A stretch of DNA of 64,000 bases from Octopus sinensis (GCF_006345805.1 NC_043022.1:24676001-24740000), one strand, 5' to 3'; positions 25,797-38,932 are shown, counted from the stretch's first letter. The notes: generated by a model not told the origin, from the sequence alone. Numbers and translations are program-made.

Positions 25797-26760
25797 TACA
25801 GTGATGGCAGCAAGTAATTTTTGAAGTCAAAGCATCAAAGCAATACAACTGATGCAATGTACATATATCTTATACGTACCCTCTTTCTGGCTGTCTTATA
25901 AAAAAGATGAAAGCTTTATTTATATCCAAGTTTGAATTGCTATTTGTATCCATTTATGTATCTTTAGACATGAATTGCATGCTTTGCATTTACACAGGAA
26001 ATGCACTGACATATATATGTCTATGTATGTATGTATGTATGTGCATAAGTATGCATGTACATATGTGTTCATGAATAAATGTATGAACTGAGAAGATTTG
26101 TAAATAAGAGGTTGTTACAGATTGCATAATAATAAGTAAATGGAAGAGAAGTTGCAATTTAAATAGACAAAAGTCAGCTGGAGGAGGATTCACTTCAACA
26201 ATACTTGTTATTGATTGAACTAAACACACAATGAGAGGAAATCAAATGCTATCATGAGAGTAACACTGACTACATTCATCATCATCATCACTTTTATATC
26301 TATTTTTCTCCATTCTGGCAAGGAGTGGACATAGATGCCCTTCCAGATGCCAAGCTTTGCTTGTTTTCAAATAAAGCACTTTATTCCATATCTTTACACA
26401 TTGAACAATTGATTTTATATTTAGAAAAAGAAAACAAACAATGACCACCACTGCTCAAGTGGTGTCAATGTGAAGACACACACAATATGACGTGCATCTG
26501 CACAGCTTCCATCCATCAAATTCCCTTGCATGAAACTGGCCAAACCAAAGCTGTAGAGGACAACTGCCCGATATACATTGGTGAGATTAAATTCGGAAAA
26601 CACATATCAGATTTATTATATTTTTACTAGGAAAATGTTGAAAGGGACTTTCAACTTAGACACCTTTGTTATAAAATAAGAAAAAGACAACTCTAACCCC
26701 TCCTAACACATCCAGAATCAGTAAAAAGAATGATTGACATTATTTTAACCATAATTATTT

Positions 26761-26816
<56 letters not shown>

Positions 26817-26839
26817 TTAAGTTACAGGGATGTCAAGCA

Positions 26840-26893
26840 GTGGTAGGGAACAAATACAGACACAAAGACACATGCATATACATACATACACAT

Positions 26894-26939
<46 letters not shown>

Positions 26940-27092
26940 ATATGATGGGCTTCTTTCAGTTTCCTTCTCCTGAATCCACTCACAAAGCTTCAGTCAGCTT
27001 GAGGCTGACATTTGCCCAAGGTGCCATACAGTGGGTTGAACCTGGAACCATATGGCTTGGAAGGAAGCTCTTAACTACATAGTCACGCCTGT
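26840..27092 (-). mobile_element. SINE family A, 5' half
   Basis: GGGCTTCTTTCAGTTTCC..CACTCACAAAGC..TTGCCCAAGGTGCC..ACATAGTCACGCC. Confidence 0.8.
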
Positions 27093-27569
27093 ACCAATTA
27101 TCATAACAAGTACTCAACATACTACTTAATATTATAACACAATTTATATGTATTTTTCATACTGAATGATGATTCAGTGCACTTGACACATCCAGATTGT
27201 GGAGAAGGATTTCGGTGAAATATCTGTAACTATATTATATAGTGAAAGGAATATATTTTGCTGGTAGTGGCTGATCAATTGAAATTTCACACCCAATGTA
27301 ATAATTAATGAGATTTTGTTTGAGATTATAATTTAAATGTAAACAATGAATTCAATCAGACCAGTTACAAACAAGCAGGTGTTAACAGGGTTAAAGCAGA
27401 AGGTTAGTACTTTAGATAGATTCATATTCAGAAACTAATACTAACAATGAATAGGTACAATAGTCAAGCAAATATTGAAATCATGCTCCACACTTGCTTC
27501 CCAGCTATATGGAATCCACAGAATCCACAAACAGGTGATATTTTAGGCAATATGTAGAAGAGTTGTTGT

Positions 27570-28025
27570 AAGGCAATGAGCTGGCAAAATTGTTTAACCC
27601 TTTTGTTACTGTATTTATTTTTAGATATTCTTTGTTTCTTTCAGTTACTTTAAATATAACAAAGACTTTAGTAAAACAACTTAGTTATCGTTAAGCTAGT
27701 GTTAGGAAGATTAATTGTGACTAAGGTTTAATGGAAGATTTTAATTCAAAACTTATGGAAACAAGACATTTGTACTCAGAGCCAGAGCCAGTTTCAGCCA
27801 GGTTGGTATCAAAGGGTTAACATGCCAGGCAAAATGCTTGCGGGGATTTCGTCCATCTTTAGGTTCCGTGTTCAAATTCTGCCGAGATTGACTTTGCCTT
27901 TCATCTTTCAGGGTCAATAAAATAAGTACCAGGGTCGATAAAATAAGTTCAGCACTGGGATCTATGTAATCAATTTGCCCTAAGCCCCGAATTTGCTGGC
28001 CTTGTTCCAAAATTTATAACCAATA
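27570..28025 (+). mobile_element. SINE B' interrupted by the G MITE
   Basis: Head at 27570-27597; remainder at 27821-28025 with B box, body and TTGCTGGCCTTGTTCCAAAATTT end. Confidence 0.8.
27598..27816. mobile_element. piggyBac-type MITE family G inserted into the head of a SINE B'
   Basis: TTAA|CCCTTTTGTTAC ... GTATCAAAGGG|TTAA. The flanks rejoin to GAGCTGGCAAAATTGTTAACATGCCAGGCAAAATGC. Confidence 0.9.
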
Positions 28026-28859
28026 CATAGAGGAGTTTTGACATTCAGACCATTCCTAAAGAGAGCCAGATGTGTAAAAGTGAAAATAGCTACTGGTGGG
28101 AATTAGAACCAAGACACTACACATACACAGTATCCCACAATATTTCGCCCCTACCCTATAGCACGCAACACTTGACATTTATTGAAGTGAATCACTGACT
28201 GGACAGGGAAAGACTTGTTGGTTGTTTAATCGAAATGCTCACATATAACTAAATACATATAAACATTTCACACTCATGCATTAACAAGGATTTTCAATCA
28301 TACACACACCACAGATTTGAATGGGGTAAGGAGGTTGGGGTTGGGATGGGTGGTCGCTGATACTTAACTGGTATTTTATCAACCCCCCTGGAAGAATAAA
28401 AGACAATGGCCTGTCCATGGCAGGATTTGAACTCAGATGATAAAAGAGCATTAACTAAATATTGGAAGGTATTTTTTGCTCACCACTTCACCATGCTGAC
28501 ACACAGTTAAAAAAGAATGGATAATATTTGCAGAAGTTTCAGAGGGAGAGTCCAGTTTCAGCAATAACTGCATAGACTCAAGAATTTAGTAGTAGTAGTA
28601 GTAGTAATAGTAGTAGTGGTAGTTGTAGTAGTAACAGCAGCAGCAGCAGCAAAAGCAATAGTAGCAGGAGGAGGAAGAGAAAGAACTGAAGCAGTGTTTC
28701 CAACAAACTTTATGATGCCACTTTCTTTCCTTCGGCAGCTGCAGAAATATTGAATAAGACAAAACTAATTTGGTTGTTGCTGCTGTTGTTGTTGTTGTTG
28801 GCGGCGGTGGTGGTGGTGGTGATAGTTGTTGCTGTGAAAAGTGTTCTTTTTATTTCATC

Positions 28860-28862
28860 CAT

Positions 28863-28893
<31 letters not shown>

Positions 28894-28980
28894 TATTATT
28901 ATTATTATTACTATTATTATTATTATTATTACTACTACTACTATTATTATTATTACTATTATTATTATTATTATTATTTT
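28860..28980. repeat. (ATT/ACT)n trinucleotide repeat
   Basis: Read directly; source of the poly-Y/L/I ORFs. Confidence 0.97.
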
Positions 28981-29784
28981 ATTTTGTCCTTTATTATTAC
29001 ATTTCTTTATTTTATTTATGTATTTTTTTTTTGTCCTTTCTGAAATGGTATTCTGCAGAAGAAGCAAATCATGTTTTTGGAGAATCATTTTAGCTGAGAG
29101 GGTAGGTAGGTGGGTGGGTTAGAAAACCATCAAAGAAACAGAAAAACTAGCCAGAGTATGATGGAAAGGGAGAGAGAAAAAGAAAGAGAGAGAGAGAGAG
29201 AGATTCAAACAGTTCTGGGTTTGCTGTAAAACCAGATGGTACAGACAGTATAATTGTGCTAAAATAATATACAGTTCTTATGGGAAATGCTGATAAGCTG
29301 ATGATAGTTATTATATAAACTACATAGATATTAGCATAACTGTCTTTCTAATGCTTAGTCATGAAGGAAGTACTCTGTGTGTGTGTGTGTGTAGTGAGGG
29401 ATGGAGATATGTTGAAGGAGAGAAGACCAAACAAAATCTAAAACATAAAGCATACAGCGCAAAAAAAAATAATAAAAAAATAAAATAAAAAGTATCAAAG
29501 GCTCATTTAAATATGTAAGTTTGTTAAATATTTCAGTTATGTTCCAAAGTCAACACAACAGAGCTGGAATTAATTAATATGCTTTTCACTAAGTCACTGT
29601 AGAAATCTGTCAATGACTACTCTTAGAAAATAGTTCAATCAAATCATCTGTTTAATCAGCAGTTTATTATTTTTTTTAATGGCTTTTTTTATTTTTTATA
29701 TTTCCATTTTTTTTATTTTCTCTTCTTTTGCTTTGAGGATTTGGATATGACAGGATACAACTTTAAAAAAATTAATCTACATTT

Positions 29785-29848
<64 letters not shown>

Positions 29849-30280
29849 AGATATATATGAAAGTGTTTGTGTGCATTCTTCTATGTATTCCAGTCCAAAG
29901 ACTGTGGCCATGCTGGGACACTGCATATATGTATGTATATATGTACTATGTATGTGTGTGTGCGTGTATATTATTACACACATATATTTCAACTAGTGTG
30001 CTCATCTTGATTGTCATAGTCACAACACTTTGGACATTGTGCCTAGCCCCAGAATTCAAAACCAAAATCCATTTAACACTTAACTCTTTACTCATTAGTC
30101 CATTGACCCATATGGCAATTAAATAATGAAAATTAATAGCTTTAAACCTAATAAGTGTGTGTGTGTGTGTGATTGCTTGCAAGAGGAGTCAGTTGTAGTG
30201 TGCAAGTAAAAAGACTGAGCTGGAGCAAATACGTGACGCATATGGATATGACGACAGCTGGGTAATGAAGTAAATGGTAA

Positions 30281-30506
30281 GCGAGCTGGCAGAAACGTTA
30301 GCACGCCGGGCGAAATGCTTAGCGGTATTTCGTCTGCGTTACGTTGTGAGTTCGAATTCCGCCGAGGTCGACTTTGCCTTTCATCCTTTCGGGGTCGATA
30401 AATTAAGTACCAGTTACGCACTGGGGTCGATGTAATCGACTTAATACCTATGTCTGTCCTTGTTTGTCCCCTCTGTGTTTAGCCTCTTGTGGGTAATAAA
30501 GAAATA
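30281..30506 (+). mobile_element. SINE family B, full length, young
   Basis: Same head, body and end as the 22142 copy. Confidence 0.95.
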
Positions 30507-31401
30507 GGTATGTAATCCAAATGAAAAGAATATGAGGATGAAGAAGACTAACCAAGGAAAATACTAGGGAAAAACCCCAGTAAAATAGGCCTCGTGAGAG
30601 AGCTGACCATGGACTGCATCAAGTGGTAAGATCCTGTGCTGGGTTGGAGAAGACCTATCCAACCTATGCAAGCATGGCGAAATGAACAAAAATGGCGACT
30701 GAGTGAGTGGGCACATGCATACACACATACACACACACACATTCCACAAAATTTTCTGCTAACATTTATGGGACAAATTCATGTTTTCACACCTAAAAAT
30801 ATTAACATATACATCCTTATACATATAAATCTCTCTAAAGATGCATATGTTTATGGTTTTATGTGTGAAAAAAATTACGGATCTCTTTTTTTTTACACAT
30901 TATATTCACACATGCACACACACATACACACGTTACATATTTCCCAAAATGTACTGAGCATGTTAATGTTTTCACACATAACACCATAAATATCCTACAT
31001 CTCACACACACACATACACATTCAGAGAAATATGCATGTCAAAAAGATATATTACAATGTATTGTTTTCTAACTCTCAAGAGGCAGCCGCAGAGAAAAAG
31101 GGGGTGTGTGTATGTCAGTGAACACAACACACACATTTGTATATAATAAGTGTATGTGTGTATATGTGTGTGTAATTTGTCATAGAAGTTTCTTTAAGAA
31201 GTATTTCTTTCACAGCAGCAATGTAGCTTGCTGAGGCTGTAAAATGAACACTGGCTAAGATACATCACTTTATCCCGTTTCATTGTGAAATAACACCATA
31301 AGTCAACTTCTATGACCTACTCCACCTCAAAATTAGAGATATCAGTCAAGTACCAGTAATATGCACTGTCTGTGCATGTATGCATCTAGTCAATCAACCT
31401 T

Positions 31402-31873
31402 ATTGTCACCATCCTTTTTATACTTACTTTTTCGATGTTGGCATGGGTTGGACATGACTTTGTTGAGGCAGTATTCTTCAACAGCCACAGACGGCTTTCC
31501 TGTGGCTAACCCTTATTTAAAAGTAATATACATATTCCTGTGGTCTTTCACATGATCAACTACACAGTGGCTGGACATGTTTTTACTTTGCACAAATCCT
31601 GATTAAGCTATGCATTTTTCATCCATACATACACACTTGTCCTTTACAGGTGCCAGTGTGCCACATAAAATGCACTCATACCTGTGTAGCATAAATGCAC
31701 CCGTGACAGTGGAATGTAAAAAGAACCCAGCACACCCTGTAAAGTGGTTGGTGTTAGGAAAGGCATCCAGTTGTAGAAATCATGCCACAACAGACAAGTT
31801 GAAGTCTGGACAGCTCCAGTCAAACTGACCGACCAATGACAACATAGAAAACAGATGTTAAACGATGATGATG
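31402..31873. mobile_element. Two diverged family C copies in opposite orientation (31402-31570 minus, 31640-31873 plus)
   Basis: ATGTTGGCATGGGTTGGAC on minus; TTAGGAAAGGCATCCAGTTGTAGAAA...GTTAAACGATGATGATG on plus. Confidence 0.65.
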
Positions 31874-31966
31874 CATTCAGACATGGGAAAGGAGAGGTAC
31901 TATAAAGTCCAACTGTCTCCTTGCTCTGTCTTTTCTATTGTTACTACACCAGCTACTCCTCCTAAA

Positions 31967-32187
31967 CCCTTTAGTGTTCGCATTATTCTGCCAAAATGAA
32001 TGCTTTTTTATTCACATTGTTTTGAACTAATCATGCATTATCTTGTAGCTATGAGGTTTTGATGAGGTAGCTGTTAATTTTTAAAACGATATTGTAGGGT
32101 TGGTGTGAGAGACCAGATCTGGCCATTTTGAACATAAAACAGGTAGAATACTTTTTGCCGGATATGGCCGGTTTAAATGCTAAAGGG
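31967..32187. mobile_element. piggyBac-type MITE family F
   Basis: TAAA|CCCTTTAG ... CTAAAGGG|TTAA; 221 bp; near reverse complement of 53462-53682. Confidence 0.9.
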
Positions 32188-32914
32188 TTAAACAAGATCT
32201 ACAGAAATCAACCAACAGAAGGTCAAGCTGGTCAACTGCACTGACTTGACTGACCAAATCTGGAATGGCTTGCAAAAAATATATATATATATATATATAT
32301 ATGGCTGTGGGCAGTCTCTTTTCTCTCCAGAGTGGAATGTAAACCTCTACCAAGAAAAAAAAAACAACAAAGAAATGAAAAATACACAAAAAAAATTCCC
32401 AGAGGTAAAATAATAGTGTTTATTATGTATGAGAGAATATTTTTATGGCTGCCATTTGTAACATGAGACAAAGTCTATTTATGTAATTTTACACCAGTCC
32501 ATGTTAGCACCTAGATCAAAACTTATGTAAAAATATAATTGACTTGTGAAATTGCTGAACAGAGAGAACCACCATGTAGGTGAAAAATTCCATCAATATT
32601 TATAGCGTTGATTGGTAGAAACTTCATATAATGAGATAGTATGGGCAAAACCTACACAACCACATAGGACAAGGTTTAAGCCAGCCAATATTTGAGGTGG
32701 GGTGAGAGGTCAAATCAGCTGCAAGTGGATGCGGACATGGCTGTGTGGTTAAGAAATATTTATTTTACAGTTAAGTGGCTCCTGGGTTTGACCCACAGTG
32801 TAGCATCTTGTGTTCTCCACCGTAGCTTTGAGTTGACCGATTCCGTGTGAGGGGAATTTTGTAGACAGAAAACATGCATTATATATGTACTTATATACAT
32901 CATATATGTGTATG

Positions 32915-33337
32915 TCATCATCATCATTGTTCAACCGTGGTCGAGACAATGGAATTTACTATGCTACGCCAGACTTCACGGTCCATCATAGCATTACGGA
33001 GGTCCTGTTGCTAGATGCCTGTATCCCTGGAGATTACATCAGGGTAGGAGAGTGTGCGCCCTCTGATATCGCGAGTAGATGGCTTCCAGAGGAGAAGAGT
33101 AGAAATTGCCTCGTTTTCAGCTCTACAACAATGTCCTGCAAACTGGACTCTCCTACCATTCACAAGAGATGACATGGGTGGTAGTTTTCCATATATTTGC
33201 ATTTTGGTTGGATGACGCTTCCACGAGAGATTTTGAGCTCTCGTAAGGAGGCAAGTGTAAGTTCCACCCAACCGCCTCTCAAGCTTCTTTGATAACATCC
33301 AGGTTTCTGAGCCATATAGTAGAATTGGTTCGACTGT
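32915..33337 (-). mobile_element. 5'-truncated RTE-clade LINE, same family as the 25362 copy
   Basis: ORF 33011-33388: TVEPILLYGSETW...RRVQFAGHCCRAENE...SYPDVISRDTGI; (GAT)n tail at 32915. Confidence 0.93.
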
Positions 33338-33560
33338 ATATATAAAGTGATATGGACTGATAAATCCATGCAAATGTCTATAAAGCACTCAGTGTTGTAC
33401 AAATTTGGTCCACTTTATCAAACAATCAGATACCAATAAATTCAAATAGAATTAACAGCCAAGGTAATACTTCGTGTATGACAAGTCAATCCAAGTATCG
33501 CTTAGAAGAATTTCAAGAAATTTGGAGTATAAGACAAGAAGAACAAGAAAATATATATAT

Positions 33561-33780
33561 GTTTCTTTACTGCCCACAAAGGGCTAAACATAGAGGGGAC
33601 AAACAAGGACAAAGGGATCAAGTCGATTACATTGACCCCAGTGCAAAACTGGTACTTTATTTATTGACCCCGAATGGATAAAAGGCAAAGTCGACCTCGG
33701 CGGAATTTGAGCTCAGAACGTAACGGCAGACGAAATACGGTTACGCATTTCGCCTGGCATGTTAACATTGCTGCCAGCTC
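33561..33780 (-). mobile_element. SINE family B
   Basis: Reverse complement matches the family B head, body and end. Confidence 0.9.
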
Positions 33781-34757
33781 AAAAATATATAGGTACAGGT
33801 GTGGTTGAGATGCTTCCTAATGAAGAGGTTTGGGCTCAGTTCTACTGTGTGGCACCTTGGGTAAGTGTCTTGTTCTGTAGGCCTGAGCCAACCAAAGCCT
33901 TGTAAGTGAATTTGGTAGACAGAAAGTGAAAGAAGCCAGTTGTGCGTATGTATACATATATCTCAACAAGTCATGTGTGTAACAACAAAAGTAGACCTCA
34001 ATATCATTGGAAATAGAAGAGTAAATTTATTAAATGTCACAGGTATTGGAACATTTATGCTTATAAGTTTGAGTTGCTTGGCAGTGAGTGATTTGTTCAA
34101 TATTCACTGCCATTCATCAGCTGGATGAAGTAACTATAATTAGATGATTCCATTATGGTCATCAATCATCACTGCAATTTATTTCATCATAGTTCTAGGA
34201 GATAACTGACTAAAGACTAATCACAACAACTGGTTAATTTTAATCTTTTAATACTCGTCTTTGTTTTTTTCTTTCTTTTTTTTGTCTATTTCTTTACCTT
34301 AGACTGTTTGTTAGTCTGAAACACCTACTGTCACCAATATTTTCACCAACGGCCACATTTTCAGGAGGGTTGCAATCCACCTGTCAAGTAATGTGGCAAG
34401 CAGTGCAAGCGTGTGTCGCAGCTAGACACATATGGGTAAGGAACTTAACTCCTGATGAAGTCATAGGGGTCGATGTTGTGACACACAATATTGACTTGTG
34501 CAGTTTAAACACGCCAATTTCTTCCAGAGAGAAAGAGAAGAATCAATAACTGAAGGACTGGTACTTTATTTATTCACTGAACAGTTGTCACCTACTTCCC
34601 CTATTTATCATCCACTCAACAATTCTTCATTCGTTATATTCACCCCTCATTCCCCATCTCTCACTCTCTCTTACACTCTTGCAACCACTACCCACCCAAA
34701 CTCCAAGTGCTGCACCTATGAACTGCTACTCAGCTTATATGAGAAAAAGTAGCCAGT

Positions 34758-35035
34758 ACATGCTGTAAAGTGGTTGGCTGCAGAAAGGACATCCAGTCAT
34801 AGAAGCCACATCAAAGCAGAAAACCTTGGCTCCATCAGATCCTATCAAAATGTCTAATCCAGGCTAGTATTGAACATCATCATCATCATTTAATGCTGTT
34901 CTCCATGCTGGCATGGGTTGGGCAGTTTGACAGGTGATGGCCAGCCAGAGAGCTGCTGATGCTCCAATTGCTTGTTTTGGTATGGTTTTTATGGCTGGAT
35001 GTACTTACTTACTTGTACTTGTGGCGACATATGGC
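34758..35035. mobile_element. Two diverged family C copies abutting tail-to-tail
   Basis: Plus copy (GAAAGGACATCCAGTCATAGAAG) meets a minus copy beginning CATCATCATCATTTAATGC..CCATGCTGGCATGGGTTGG. Confidence 0.6.
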
Positions 35036-35929
35036 ACCAGATAGTAAATGAGGATGATGAAAGGATCAAGTCAAAAAAGACCACAGTAGAATCTGAACTC
35101 AGAATGCTAAGAAGCAGAATGCATACTACACAGCGGTGTTCTATACAGTACGCCAATGACTCGACCAGCTTGCTGCAAACTAGTAGCAATGAAAAACAAC
35201 AGGTGACCTGAATAAATCAACCAACAGCTTTAACAACACTATCAGAGCAAAGGTATCTGAAGCAACAAGCAAAATGGTCTTTACTTCACAACTATGATTG
35301 CAAATTGGTCTAGAAACTATTCATAGTAATATTTTAAGTGTTAGTGTGTTGCTAGATAGAGAGGAAAATAAGGACAAAAACTCTCATAAAAGAAAGGGAA
35401 AAAAAATCTTTTTTTCATAAAATCAATTTATATTTTCCCCTCCTCCTGCTCAGAGTTATTCCCCTGCACTTGCCAGAATAATTAAAATGATATTAGGCCA
35501 TTGAGCAATATTGTTTTTTCCTCACCGCATAATTATTCCTAGTTAGCATATTTAATGCTCCCTGCATTAAATATGTTAACACTAACTTAGCTTTTTCCTT
35601 TGAAAGTCCCTGGGTGCAGTGAGCTAACTGCTTCATTATCTTCCGTCTCATTAGAAGTGCAGAGTAGATTAAAGAAAAGCTTTCAGAGCTCTCTCTCTCT
35701 CTACCAGGTGAAAACTTTAAAGAAATATATAAAGAAATCTATAAAAAAAAAAAGGAAAAACAACAACCCTGTCTCTTATATTGAATTAGCAGCTTCTCAA
35801 ACACAGCATTGATTTTCAGATATTCTATTTTATTTTTGTATTTATTTCCAGGTGAAGGGAAACTAATTAGCGTGTGCCAAAATCCAAGTTATCACTAGAA
35901 AACACAATATTTCTACTCAAAAAGAAAGG

Positions 35930-36170
35930 AAAAAATGACAATGATAATCAAGTTGATGATTATGATAATGCTGATGATGATGCCTAAGATGATGATGACA
36001 GCTATGATGATGGTTATGATTATCATCATTATTATGGTAGCGGTAACGGTGATGATGATCATATTAATGATGATGGTTATGTTGATGATCGCATTGGCAA
36101 TATTGATGATGAGGATTATGTAGATACTCCTGATGATGATGATGATGATGATGACAGCTATGATAATACA
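35930..36170. repeat. Degenerate (GAT)n trinucleotide tract
   Basis: Read directly; source of the M/I-rich ORF. Confidence 0.9.
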
Positions 36171-37000
36171 CTAACAACAGCAAGAAGAAGCCCAGTCACC
36201 AAGAGTAAGAGAGCTGGGTGAAGGATGCCTCTATCCGTTATCATTAGAGAGCATCAAAGGATGGAAATAAAAGACAAACACAATCGATAGCTTCATGCTG
36301 CTATTCTATAATTTCCCTTCATTAAAATGGCAATTAATTATTAACAAATAGTGATGCTGAGTAACCCAAGAAGTCTAGCAGGCAAACCTTAACGATCAAA
36401 GATGCCGCAGAGCTGTATTGATCGAAACAGTTGATCTGTGTTTTGAATCCCCCTCAATCATCACCATCGACCAACCCCCATCCCCACCCTCACAGTGTCT
36501 GCTACTGTACGAGTCCGCCATCCTGCATATACACAATCCTCGACACCCCACTCCCTACCCAGTTTCAACGGTTGCAGCTTCCTTTCTGTGATGTCCAGAA
36601 AATGTCTCTAGCTGATGTGTCAACATGTGTAAGATGTGCATGCATGTGTGTGTGTGTGTGTGTGTGTCTATGTAGGTGTACGTGTACATTCATTGTCTGT
36701 CGGCGTCCATGCAACATGTGTATGTTTCCTATAACCTTCCTTCCAACTCCCTCTAACAATGACCACCATAATGGTAAATTCTTCCAGCTTACTATGGCTA
36801 GACAAGGCTTAATAATTAAGTGTGGAAGAGGTCGAGAAGAATCCTGAATACCATTACATCTATGCATAGTAATGGATAGAAGGCCTAGTGTTAAGGAGAC
36901 AACCTGATAAACTTACGCTTATGGAAGAAAGAACATTAGAAGAGTGTTAAGAGTAGGGGATGCTGAAAGGAGACCTTGTTACAGACATGAAGAATAAACG

Positions 37001-37162
37001 TATTTCTTTATTACCCACAAGGGGCTAAACATAGAGGGGACAAGCAAGGACAGACAAAGGTATTAAGTCGATTACATCGATCTCAGTGCATAACTGGTAC
37101 TTAATTTATCAACCCCCGAAAGGATGAAAGGCAAAGTCGACCTCGGCAGAATTTGAAAGAAT
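37001..37162 (-). mobile_element. 5'-truncated SINE family B with 14-bp TSD
   Basis: ATGAAGAATAAACG at 36987-37000 and 37163-37176. Confidence 0.9.
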
Positions 37163-37191
37163 ATGAAGAATAAACGGCCTACTACATCATG

Positions 37192-37510
37192 AAGGCACAT
37201 GGCTTAGTGGTTAGGGTATTTTGGCTCGCAATCGCAAGGCTGTGAGTTCAATTCCCAATGGTGCATTGTATCCAGAAGGTCTCTTTATTTTCATATTGCT
37301 CCAATCCACTCAGCTGGCAAAAAAATGAGTCGTACTTATAATTCAAAGGGTCAGCCTTGTTACAGTCTGCCATGCTGAATCTTCCTGAGAACCATGTTAA
37401 GGGTACTCGTGTTTGTAGAGTGCTCAGCCACTCGCATGCTAATTTTACAAGCAGGTTGTTCTGTTGATCAAAATCAACCGGAATACTCATCGCTGTAATT
37501 GAAGGAGCAC
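37192..37510 (+). mobile_element. SINE family K (tRNA head); partial copies also at ~22715-22830 and ~60945-61045
   Basis: GGCTTAGTGGTTAGG A box, GAGTTCAATTCC B box, TTGCTCCAATCCACTCAGCTGG domain, body AATTCAAAGGG(T/C)CAGCCTTG and AGTGCTCAGCCACT shared across copies. Confidence 0.8.
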
Positions 37511-37514
37511 CAAT

Positions 37515-37680
37515 ATGTGGTCACTGAACCTGCTAGAAATAGCAGCCAAATATCTACAAAATCACATTCCATCATCATAGAAAATGACACATTTTACAAT
37601 GTGTCTTTTTGGGGTTCTCTGTGCATATGGAAAGGATGGGATGGTCAACAAGAGCTGGCCCAGAGTTAAACAATAACAAC
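37515..37680 (+). mobile_element. Repeat family E with (AAC)n-like tail
   Basis: CCTGCTAGAAATAGCAGCCAAAT...GGGATGGTCA...AAACAATAACAAC. Confidence 0.65.
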
Positions 37681-37757
37681 ATTTGTAACATATGCACTTT
37701 GTATACACACACAACACACACACACATCTGTACAACTAGAGGTCCTTTAGACTTTTA

Positions 37758-37978
37758 CCCTTTCATTACTGTATTTATTTTGAGATGCTCTGTGTTTCTT
37801 TCAATTACTTTAAATATAACAGAGAATTTAGTAAAATAACTTAGTTATCATTAACCTGGTGTTAGGAACATAAATTGTGACTAGGGTTTGGTGGTATATT
37901 TTAATGCAAAACTTATGAAAACAAGATATTTGTACTACAGAGCCAGAGCCGGTTTTGGCCGGGTTGGTAACGAAAGGG
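37758..37978. mobile_element. piggyBac-type MITE family G
   Basis: TTTA|CCCTTTCATTAC ... GGTAACGAAAGGG|TTAA; 221 bp. Confidence 0.9.
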
Positions 37979-38229
37979 TTAATGGTGGAGATAACAGGCC
38001 TATTTGCCAATTAGAGAGAGATGGAACTGGATTCCAGTAGCAATTAACAAAGCAGGTTGAGATCTATGAAGGTAGATTAGGATGTTAATGAGAAGAGATG
38101 AATGTGAAAGTGCTAATAGTACTAGTAACATCACATCTATCAACAATTTTAATTCTAGTTGTAACATGCAAATTTAACCAAACCCTTCTTTCTACTGTTG
38201 AAATTCCAATTGAAATACCCTCTCGTGAT

Positions 38230-38440
38230 AGATGAGCAGCTGGAAAATGAGAAACGAACAAAGCCATAACAAGATACTCACAGAAGTGACAGACCAAAGA
38301 AAACTCAAGAAAAAGAAGTTAGGATAGATTGAGAATATTGGCTGTCTCCTATGTGGGAAAGAGAAATGTAGAAAGAGCCAAAACAAGATGGTAGGGTGAT
38401 ACATAGAGAATTTGAAGAATTAAATCTCAAAACGAATCAG
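38230..38440 (+). mobile_element. Possible highly degraded RTE LINE 3' region
   Basis: Frames give KILTEVTDQRKLKKKKLG* and GKRNVERAKTRW*GD, resembling the RTE GKR..GRP.TRW.D motif. Confidence 0.4.
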
Positions 38441-38449
38441 ATACATTAA

Positions 38450-38675
38450 TCCTTTTGCTACCATCTTCCTATTGAAATACATGCCATGCTTTCAATTAAT
38501 TTTGGAAACAATGAAGAATTTAGAAAGATAATTTAATCATTATTAAGCTGGTGTTTGGAAGATAAATTAACATGAAATTTTGATGAAAGGTCTCAATTTA
38601 GATTACTTTAAAACAGGAATCTTGTATCTATCATGGAATCAAGGGTGGTCTTAAGCAGGTTGGCATCAAAAGAGG
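38450..38675. mobile_element. piggyBac-type MITE family H (related to G), diverged
   Basis: TTAA|TCCTTTTGCTACC ... GGTTGGCATCAAAAGAG; internal match to the 42600 copy. Confidence 0.7.
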
Positions 38676-38932
38676 TAACCAACTAACATATTACATGTGC
38701 CTATCATCATCATCATCATCATCGTTTAACGTCCGCTTTCCATGCTAGCATGGGTTGGACGGTTCAACTGGGGTCTGGGCACGTATGTGAAAATGCTGTT
38801 GCTGCTGATGAATTTTATAATCTTGTCTTCATGAATTTAAATAGTTAACTGCCACATATATGGTATAGCAAGGTTTTTATTAGACAGACACAGTTTATAG
38901 ATGCTAACGTGATACATATACAGATAGATGTA

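Noticed and set aside
34365-34440. Candidate 71-nt plus-strand exon (TTTTCAG ... TGG|GTAAGG; GGLQSTCQVMWQAVQACVAARHIW)
   Set aside because: No recognisable protein and no compatible partner exon; such AG/GT pairs are expected by chance.
35690-35860. Two polypyrimidine-CAG|GTGAA sites (35707, 35851) resembling recursive splice points
   Set aside because: The regenerated donors GTGAAA/GTGAAG are weak, and one pyrimidine tract is just a (CT)n microsatellite.
38272-38375. Apparent minus-strand exon with good acceptor and GTGAGT donor
   Set aside because: The opposite strand looks like degraded RTE coding sequence (purine-rich), which explains the pyrimidine tract; the peptide is unrecognisable.
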